DNA of 7,992 bases from Octopus sinensis (lineage: Eukaryota). Shown one piece after another: positions 1 through 7,232 of the stretch. The translations under genes and the position numbers were made by a program. How positions within the stretch are numbered: the stretch's first letter is position 1; every line of letters starts with the position of its first letter. The DNA is taken from assembly GCF_006345805.1 (NCBI RefSeq), contig NW_021828578.1:1-7992 (forward strand). Reading direction: 5' to 3'. The notes below the pieces were generated by a model. That model did not search any database. It was not told the origin of the DNA and saw only the letters and a program-made list of their open reading frames with translations.

Positions 1-128
1 AAGCATTGGTCGGCCCCGGGTCTATAGCAGAAGACACTTGCCCAAGATGCTACGCAGTGGGACTGAACCCGGAAACCGTGTGGCTGGTTAGCAAGCTACT
101 TACCACACAGCCACTCCTACGCCTATAT
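1..128 (-). mobile_element. Family A SINE, tRNA-like head and start of body (cut by window edge)
   Basis: Reverse complement aligns to the intact copy at 1976-2135: A-box-like TGGCTGTGTGG, B-box-like GGTTCAGTCCC, then CTTGGGCAAGTGTCTTCT. Confidence 0.9.
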
Positions 129-134
129 ATATAT

Positions 135-273
135 ATACGATGGGCTTCTTTCAGTTTCTGTCTACCAAATCCACTCACAAGTTATTGGTCGGCCTGGGGC
201 TATAGTAGAAGAACCCGGAACTGTGTGACTGGTTAGCAAGCTACTTACCACACAGCCACTCCTACGCCTATAT
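135..273 (-). mobile_element. Family A SINE head with a 32-bp internal deletion
   Basis: Matches the family A head but reads TAGAAGA|ACCCGG, lacking CACTTGCCCAAGGTGCCACGCAGTGGGACTGA (most of the B-box and the CORE-like segment). Confidence 0.88.
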
Positions 274-452
274 GTGTGTTTAATTGGCTAGATACGACCT
301 TCCCCGAGCATTTAACAATATCTGTTTCAATACATGATTTCACATAAAGAATCTTGCAAAACAAACACACAAACCTAGTTAATTGGTTTCTGTGCTGTAT
401 TGTGAATAAAGCGACAACACCAATGCTCTTATGGTTTTCTTTAGAATTCGCT

Positions 453-552
453 GGACAAAACTCGCTGTTGTCACAGATTTCTCTGAACACCAAACTGTTT
501 CGGGCAGTGTGGTGTCGTCCACAGAAGTCTGTGACAACATGGAAAGCTGTCC
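453..552. ncRNA. Long imperfect hairpin (pre-miRNA-like or ADAR-substrate candidate)
   Basis: 466-482 pairs with 523-539 (16 Watson-Crick pairs plus 1 G-U). 487-492 pairs with 510-515, 494-497 with 505-508, and basal GGACA 453-457 with TGTCC 548-552. Structure only; no known miRNA recognised. Confidence 0.35.
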
Positions 553-841
553 GCCCTCCCACCAGCAAAAATTGTAAAAAGGAACCATGGGAGTTTATTG
601 TTGTTGTTGTTGTTGTTTGTCTATACAATGGCAGAACAAAAATTGATGTCATACGGAAACAAAGCTTTTGTGTAGAATTTGACTGCCAGAGACAGATTTA
701 TGTGAAGACTGAGTGGAATCTATTGAATGGTTCTATTTCCATATGTGGCCTGGCTATATTTTCAAGTGTCTCTTCGTCTCAGCTCTACTTAGACATATTT
801 GTGTGCGTGTTACATATATATGTGTGTGTGGGTGGGTGTTC

Positions 842-1066
842 TTTTACTCGTTTCAGTCATTTGGCTGTGGCCATACTGGAGCCTCGCCTTGAAGGGATTT
901 TTCCTTTCTTTTAGTCGAAAAAATCAACCTCCAGGACTTACTTTTTTAAGCCTAGTAATTATTCAGGCAGTCTCTTTTGCTGAAGATATGGGGGACATAA
1001 ATACACTAACACTGGTTATAAAGCAGTGGAATGGCAAAGGCAAACATAGACACAAAGACATACAGT
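842..1066 (-). mobile_element. Diverged 3' module and tail of a family A SINE
   Basis: TTTTACTCGTTTCAGTCATTTGGCTGTGGCCATACTGGAGC...CAGGACTTAC...GTCTCTTTTGCTGAA...GGGGACATAAATACAC is collinear with 4490-4690. Confidence 0.8.

Positions 1067-1068
<2 letters not shown>

Positions 1069-1124
<56 letters not shown>
1069..1124. repeat. (TA)28 microsatellite
   Basis: Uninterrupted TA dinucleotide run. Confidence 0.97.
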
Positions 1125-1125
<1 letters not shown>

Positions 1126-1128
<3 letters not shown>

Positions 1129-1258
1129 TACCCCAAAATATGGGGTTTGGTTTCACAGGTGATCTAAACGATTAGGTTTGCTAGGTAAGTGCTGTAACAG
1201 ATTACTAGGGCTCCATATAGGGATAGAATAAAAGGAATAAGGAGATGAGAAAAGCCCA

Positions 1259-1298
<40 letters not shown>

Positions 1299-1602
1299 AT
1301 ATATATATGTTAACAATAGAACATATGCATATATATAAACATATATGTACGTACCTACCTCTACATGTACATATACACGCATATATGTGTACAGGACACC
1401 AAAAAGACGTCGAACACATAGAGAGACGAAAAACATAGACACAAACCAAGGAACAGGACAAGCAAAAAAGAAAAAAGAGATACCGGACATATAACACACG
1501 AAAAATCCCTTCTTCAGTCGCTAAGGTTTCATCTACTCTACGTTTCGAAGGATAAAAGCGAGACGTATACTTCGAAGAAACTTCCTTCCTGCGAAAAGCA
1601 AA
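1126..1602 (-). mobile_element. Putative non-autonomous hammerhead-bearing (Penelope-associated or retrozyme-like) segment
   Basis: Sits between TA runs, between the two halves of a family A SINE. It has an internal TA tract (1261-1308) and the hammerhead motifs at 1505-1570. No ORF and no clear target-site duplication (TSD); boundaries approximate. Confidence 0.4.
1505..1570 (-). ncRNA. Candidate hammerhead ribozyme with non-circularly permuted strand order
   Basis: Minus-strand RNA: GUA-UACGU-C-UCGCU-UUU-AUCCUUC-GAAA-CGUA-GAGUAGAUGAAACCUU-AGCGA-CUGAAGA-AGGGAU. Helix III UACGU/ACGUA 5 bp, helix I UCGCU/AGCGA 5 bp, helix II AUCCUU/AGGGAU 6 bp including one G-U. Cleavage triplet GUC at 1564-1562. 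Confidence 0.68.
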
Positions 1603-1610
1603 TATATATA

Positions 1611-1761
1611 TATACGATGGGCTTCTGTTCCTGTTTACCAAACCTACTCACAAGGCTTTGGTTGGCCTGAGGCTATAGTAGAAGACACTTGCCAAAGGTG
1701 CCATGCAGTGGGACTGAACCTTGAACCATGTGACTGGGAAGCAATCTTCTTATCACACAGC
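1611..1761 (-). mobile_element. Family A SINE head (diverged)
   Basis: TATACGATGGGCTTCT...CTCACAAGGCTTTGGTTGGCCTGAGGCTATAGTAGAAGACACTTGCCAAAGGTGCCATGCAGTGGGACTGAACC matches 4775-4930. Confidence 0.88.
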
Positions 1762-1975
1762 AAGAGACAACATCTCTTACTACATCACTTGTTGAGGTTT
1801 TCTCTACAGATTTTCTGTAGAAGTTATAACCAGTCAGTTTCATAGAGTAATGCCAAAGCAGACTTTGGAATACAGTGCAATCCTCAAACTCATCTGGACC
1901 TGTCTAACACTTCATCCCAACCCATACCAGGGTGGAACTTTGACATTAGACGACAACAACGATGATGATGATGAT

Positions 1976-2136
1976 GACGCAGGAGTGGCTGTGTGGTAAG
2001 TAGCTTGCTTACCAACCACATGGTTCCGGGTTCAGTCCCACTGCGTGGCACCTTGGGCAAGTGTCTTCTACTATAGCCTCGGGCCGACCAAGCCTTGTGA
2101 GTGGACTTGGTTGACGGAAACTGAAAGAAGCCCGTA

Positions 2137-2178
<42 letters not shown>

Positions 2179-2410
2179 TGTGTGTGTTTGTGTGTCTGTG
2201 TTTTTGTCCCCCTAGCACTGCTTGACAACCGATGCTGGTGTGCTTATGTCCCCGTTACTTAGCGGTTCGGCAAAAGAGACCGATAGAATAAGTACTGGGC
2301 TTACAAAAGAATAAGTCCCGGGGGTCGAGTTGCTCGATTAAAGTCGGTGCTCCAGCATGGCCGCAGTCAAATGACTGAAACAAGTAAAAAGAGTAGAGTA
2401 AAAAGAGTAA
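1976..2410 (+). mobile_element. Full-length family A composite SINE (tRNA-like head, CORE-like segment, TA/TG linker, 3' module, A-rich tail)
   Basis: A-box-like TGGCTGTGTGG 1986-1996 and B-box-like GGTTCAGTCCC 2029-2039. CCTTGGGCAAGT resembles the start of the CORE domain. Microsatellite linker ~2135-2200; tail (AGTAAAAAG)-like repeats to 2410. Multi-copy within the window. Confidence 0.92.
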
Positions 2411-2749
2411 CTAGATTCTAACAGAATAAAGAATTACTTTCGTCGGTCAACATCCAGATTAGTCACCATGGAATCCAAATGCAAGATCCATTTACCAAGA
2501 TGAAATTGAAAGGAATAAATGAAATATATATAATAAATAAATAAATGCACAGCAAAAAATATAAGCTACAATAACAACAAAAAAATAACCAATCTAAATA
2601 AAAATGTCATGACTATGTGGAGTAATTTGGCCAGTAAATACCTATTAATACAGATTACCAATCTATGAATGCTAGCGACAGACCTATCGATAGATACAAC
2701 TCAAGGAATTTTGGACAGAAAACTAATAATGACTGAAATTTGTATTTAC

Positions 2750-3258
2750 TCTTTTCATTTGTTTTGGGTTTTTTTTTTCTTCTTTTGTTTGCCTTTGTTT
2801 CCCACCTCTCTCTATTTTTTTTTTGTCTTTTATATTCGGTGTTTGTGGTGTGTGGGTGTGTGGTGTGAGAGAGTCTGATGTGTGTTTGTGTGTGAGTGTG
2901 AGCTGTGCGGAGTTTTCTATTTTTCCGGTTTAGTTTTTATCATACATTGACATACAGATGCCTAACACACATATATGCGCATGTGTATATATATATATAT
3001 ATCATATATATATATACACATATATATATATATATGTGTATAATATATATATATATTATATATATATACATACCATACATATCAATATATTTGGTGTGTG
3101 TGTATATATGTATATATATATATATATATCTACTGAGAGAGAGAGAAAGCTTGAGAGATACTTAGATGTATATGTGTGCATTTATATATATCTGAATCTA
3201 TCTATCTATTTTATATATATGTGTGTGTGTGCGCGCGTGCTCAAATATATATTATACT

Positions 3259-3293
<35 letters not shown>

Positions 3294-3320
3294 ATATATA
3301 TATATATATATATAAACTCC
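2750..3320. repeat. Low-complexity region: poly-T, (TG)n and degenerate (TA)n tracts
   Basis: Seen directly; accounts for the Y/I/C/V-rich spurious ORFs here. Confidence 0.9.
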
Positions 3321-3536
3321 CTTTTTATATATGTTAACTTCTTTTTCTTAATTTCTCTCATTTTTTTTTAATATCAGCAATTTTTTTCTTAATGAAACGT
3401 TTTACTAATATAGTGAAACTTCTCACGAGGCTGCTCAGACAAGCACATGCACACACGCACGTCTGTGCACAAACACACTCATGTGCGCATGCAGACTTAC
3501 GAGACACATGCACACACATATACTTGGACATAGACA

Positions 3537-3833
3537 TTTTTTTTTTTTAAGGAGCACTCTGTCAGTTATGATGACGAGGGTTCCAGCTGATACGATTAAC
3601 GGAACAGCCTGCTTGTGAAATGGATGTGCAAGTGGCTGAGTACTCCACAGATATGTGTACCCTTAATGTAGTTCTCTGGGAGATTCAGCATGACGCAGTG
3701 TGTGACAAGGCCAGACCTTTGAAATACAGGTGTAATTCTCATTTTTGCCAGTTGAGTGGACTGGAGCAACATGAAATAAAGTGTCTTGCTCAAGGACACA
3801 ACGCATTGCGAGGAATTGAACTCACGACCTTAC
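3537..3833 (-). mobile_element. Family C tRNA-derived SINE, 5'-truncated just upstream of the B-box, with poly(A) tail
   Basis: Minus strand reads GAGTTCAATTCC (B-box), then TGTGTCCTTGAGCAAGACACTTTATTTCATGTTGCTCCAGTCCACTC, also present in the element at 6075-6425. T12 at 3537-3548 is the poly(A) tail. Confidence 0.82.
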
Positions 3834-3863
3834 AAGTAAAAGAGTAAAGAGAGAATAAAAGAG

Positions 3864-3975
3864 TTTGTGGGTCTTTGTGTTGACAGCCCACCACTGTTTG
3901 AGAACCGGTGTTGGTTTGTTTATATCGCTGTGACTTTGTTGTTTCAACAAATAGACCTTGAGTATTCTTAATGTG
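3864..3975 (+). mobile_element. Old diverged fragment of the family A 3' module
   Basis: CCACCACTGTTTGAGAACCGGTGTTGGTTTGTTTATATCGCTGTGACTT...CAAATAGACC aligns loosely with 2205-2285. Confidence 0.6.
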
Positions 3976-4027
3976 GCTCTGTGTGTGTGTGCCTGGCCTT
4001 TTTGTATTACTGGTATAGCCCATTCAA

Positions 4028-4244
4028 TGCGGCGAGCTGGCAGAAACGTTAGCATGCCGGGCGAAATGTGTAGTGGTATTTCGTCTGCCACTGCGTTCTG
4101 AGTTCAAATTCTGCCGAGGTCAGCTTTGCCTTTCATCCTTTCGGGGTCGATTAAATAAGTACCAGTTACACACTGGGGTCGATGTAATCGACTTAATACC
4201 TATGTTAATACCTATGTTTAGCCCCTTGTGGGTAATAAAGAAAT
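4028..4244 (+). mobile_element. Family B tRNA-derived SINE with 17-bp TSD
   Basis: Perfect direct repeat TGGTATAGCCCATTCAA at 4011-4027 and 4245-4261; B-box GAGTTCAAATTC 4100-4111; homologous to 7571-7798. Confidence 0.93.
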
Positions 4245-4267
4245 TGGTATAGCCCATTCAAGACTTT

Positions 4268-4405
4268 CTTCTCATCTGCCCAGTTTCACTCACAAGGGCA
4301 TAGGCCAGGCTATGGTAAAAAAAAAAACTTGTTTAAGGTGACACATAGTGGGTTTGAACATGTGGTCTCATGATTGAGAAGCAGACATCTCGCCACTTGG
4401 CTCTG
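4268..4405 (-). mobile_element. Highly degraded family A head
   Basis: CACTCACAAGG...GGCTATGGTA...CTTGTTTAAGGTGACACATAGTGGGTTTGAAC is collinear with the family A head. Confidence 0.55.
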
Positions 4406-4489
4406 TGCGGTGTGTGTGGTGTGTATGCATGAGCACTTGTATACATTCATAGATGTATGTTGTTTTTTTTTTGTTTTTGTTTTTAATAT

Positions 4490-4930
4490 TTGTTTCAGTC
4501 ATTTTGACTGCGGCCATGCTGGAGCACCGCCTTTAATCGAGCAACTCGACCCCGGGACTTATTCTTTATAAGCCCAGTACTTATTCTATCGGTCTCTTTT
4601 GCTGAACCGCTAAGTGACAGGGACATAAACACACCAGCATCGTTTGTCAAGCAATGCTAGGGGGACAAACACATGACCACACAAACATACACGCACACAC
4701 ACACACACAAACCATAATATATCTTTATATATATATATATATATTATATATATATATATATATATCATATATATACGGGCTTCTTTCAGTTTCCCTCTAC
4801 CAAATCCACTCACAAGGCTTTGGTCGGCCCGAGGCTATAGTAGAAGACATTTGCCCAAGGTGCCACGGAGTGGGACTGAACCCGGAACCATGTGGTTGGT
4901 AAACAAGCTACTTACCACCCAGCCAGTCCT
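4490..4930 (-). mobile_element. Full-length family A composite SINE
   Basis: Reverse complement aligns end to end with 1976-2410; by manual comparison about 9 differences over the ~157-nt head. Confidence 0.92.
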
Positions 4931-4984
4931 TATACTTAACATATACGTATTCAAAAACACGCAGACTGATACTTTCTGTGCATT

Positions 4985-5012
4985 CACACACACACACACA
5001 CAAAGACGCACA

Positions 5013-5058
<46 letters not shown>
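4985..5058. repeat. (CA)n microsatellite, interrupted
   Basis: Seen directly. Confidence 0.95.
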
Positions 5059-5060
<2 letters not shown>

Positions 5061-5322
5061 CATCTGTGCACTTGTACACTTTGCACACTTTTGTAATTTA
5101 TCTTTTCATTTTCTCACTGTTGTGTGTGTTTGTATTTGTGTATGTATGTGTGTGTATGTATGCATGCATATGTGTCTCTATACATACGTAGAGGATAGGT
5201 AGAAAGAGGGAGGAGGGAAACAAGATACAGAAGGGGAAGAGAGACCCCCCCCCCAACACACTGCACTCTATCTTCTTCATCTCCTACATCCTTCATTAAT
5301 GCCCTCCTAAATATTTGTTTGA

Positions 5323-5337
5323 GAGTGTGGAAGTGTA

Positions 5338-5390
<53 letters not shown>

Positions 5391-5562
5391 GTGTGTGTCT
5401 ATATATATGTATATATATATGTGTGTATATATATATGTATATATATATATATATATGTGTATATATATATGTATATATATATATGTGTATATATATATGT
5501 ATATATATATATGTGTATATATATATGTGTATATATATATGTGTATATATATATATATATAT
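5323..5562. repeat. Compound (TG)/(TA) microsatellite
   Basis: Seen directly; produces the five overlapping Y/I/C/V ORFs. Confidence 0.95.
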
Positions 5563-5824
5563 GAATGTATGTATATCATTCCCCCTTCATTGCACCCCAT
5601 CATTTTTTTCAACACAAACCACTGACTTAATTAATTACCAGACCAATCGTTCAGAATCTTCTGATAACTTTATTCTAATTTGGTGATTCCAATAAATGTC
5701 ATTTTTTGAAACGGTAGTGATTTTCTCCATCACTCCTCCTCCCCCTCCTCCTCATTTCTGTTTTTTTTTTTCTATTTCCATTTTGCTTATTTTTGCATTC
5801 ATTTATTTTATTTTCCAATGTAAG

Positions 5825-5962
5825 TGTAGGCAAGGCTGTGTGGTTTATCAGTTTGCTTCCAGTCCATATGGTTTACGGTTCAATTCCTGTGTATGGCAAC
5901 CTTGAGTTGACCCAAGCCTTGTGAGAGCATTTGGTAAATGGAAACTGAAAGGCAACCATCAT
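5825..5962 (+). mobile_element. Diverged family A head with ~25-bp internal deletion
   Basis: AGGCTGTGTGGT...GGTTCAATTCC...GGCAACCTTGAG|TTGACCCAAGCCTTGTGAGAGCATTTGGTAAATGGAAACTGAAAG. Confidence 0.8.
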
Positions 5963-6074
5963 ACGTACGTGTGTACGTACATACATACATACGTCTGTGT
6001 TTGTGTGCCTGTGTATATTGATATCATGTGTGTATATGTGTGTGTGATTGTAAGCAAGTTGTAAAAAATGGATA

Positions 6075-6425
6075 AAGATCCCTTTTGGTCATGAATGACC
6101 ATGGGATTGTACCTAGGAAGTTACCCTTCAAGGCACAAGTCCAGGCAAGGTTGTTTATGGAAAACCAGCAGTCACCCATGCATACCAGTTGCCCCTCTTC
6201 ATGCCACTGATGCTATCCAAGGGAAAAAGCAAAGGTCGATACAGCTTGGTGCTAATGAATTGTCGTAACTCATTTCTACAGCTGATTGAACTGGAGCAAT
6301 GTAAAATAAAGTGTCTTGCTTAAGAACACAATGCAGAGCCTGGCCTGGGAATTGAACTCACTACCTTATGATTGTGAGCTTGACTGTGAACCCGACGCTC
6401 AAACCACTGAGCCATGCACTTTCAC
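6075..6425 (-). mobile_element. Family E tRNA-derived SINE (same head and body as family C, different 3' region)
   Basis: Minus-strand A-box TGGCTCAGTGG (6414-6404) and B-box GAGTTCAATTCCC (6359-6347); body 6270-6336 homologous to 3738-3805. The 3' boundary is approximate. Confidence 0.8.
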
Positions 6426-6944
6426 AAAATTAAGCTGATCCTTTGAAGGTAAAATTACCTTGCTTGTAAACGTGTGAGGTTTGGCAACAAGAAGGGGTCT
6501 CCCTCTGGATGTGTGTATACATACATATGCATATATCTATCTATTTATCGATCGATCAGTTGGTCAATATATATATTATGTGGTATAGTTTTAATTAGTA
6601 GAATAACACTTGATAAGTTAAGAGAATAAACATAATGTTATAATAAAAACCACAAGTCTTATTAAATACAGTTACCCAGGGTTTCCTGATCGAAGCAATT
6701 TATTTATTTCACTATTTTTCAAGCTGAGAACAAAACTATTTGTCAGTTGATGATGGCACCCTCAGCATCTCTCTCCCTCTTTGCAGTTGGAGAAGCCATG
6801 CAATCACGTTTCAGCAAGACCCCTATTCTGGCCTGTCGTGGGTTTGAATATCTCATTGCCAAGAATGTTATGATAACATTGGGTGTGCACAAGGGTGTAG
6901 GAATGATATTACCCAAATAAATATTTGGATATGGTTATCTAAAA

Positions 6945-7232
6945 CAGTGCTACTGAAAGTGGTGGTCCATGGACCGGTGCCGGTCTGTGAGCCTTCAGCT
7001 GCCGGTATACAATGAGTTTCCAGAAAAGAAACATTATAAAATGCTTATGTAATATTGTATTATTTGTTTACAAAATAAATATAAGATTAAAAAAAAATGT
7101 TGAATTTTATTATATTCATTAAATATATTGTTTCCGGTATAAATTAATATTTCTAAGAAATATTACCTGGTCCCTGGCACATTGGAAAAAGAAACTGCTG
7201 GTATGCCACATCAGATAGTTTGAGAAGCACCG
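6945..7232. mobile_element. hAT (Charlie-like) non-autonomous DNA transposon / MITE, 288 bp
   Basis: Terminal inverted repeats CAGTGCTACTGAAA and revcomp CGGTGCTTCTCAAA (11/14 match). 8-bp flanks ATCTAAAA (6937-6944) and ATCTACAT (7233-7240), 6/8 match, resembling the NTCTAGAN Charlie target. Repeated CCGGT subterminal motifs and AT-rich interior. Confidence 0.85.

Noticed and set aside
445-577. Possible terminal exon after TTTTCTTTAG encoding IRWTKLAVVTDFSEHQTVSGSVVSSTEVCDNMESCPPSHQQKL*
   Set aside because: Short, with no recognisable homology; the region is better explained by the hairpin. Not excluded without RNA-seq.
354-914. 186-aa plus-strand ORF and the overlapping minus-strand ORFs 245-652 and 379-588
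   Set aside because: No recognisable domain; they run through (GTT)n, (TG)n and SINE sequence.
1130-1175. Minus-strand CCUGUGAAAC next to a CCCCA/TGGGG hairpin, resembling a second decayed hammerhead
   Set aside because: The core lacks a complete CUGANGA, has no helix II, and helix I does not pair.
1803-1867. Short inverted repeats TCTACAGA/TCTGTAGA (1803-1821) and CCAAAG/CTTTGG (1852-1867)
   Set aside because: 6-8 bp stems are expected by chance in 8 kb.
1976-2050. tRNA-gene-like A/B boxes here and in the other heads
   Set aside because: They are multi-copy SINE heads continuing into SINE bodies, and I could not fold a full cloverleaf.
2425-2544. Frame NKELLSSVNIQISHHGIQMQDPFTKMKL... faintly resembling a PTB-domain strand motif
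   Set aside because: Weak acceptor, no GT donor, and it runs into AT-rich low-complexity sequence; probably coincidence.
2905-5686. Numerous Y/I/C/V- and H/T-rich ORFs
   Set aside because: They are translations of (TA)n, (TG)n and (CA)n tracts, which lack stop codons.
6445-6510. GGTTTGGCAACAAGAAGGGGTCTCC, resembling the family D motif
   Set aside because: Too short and diverged to call as an element.
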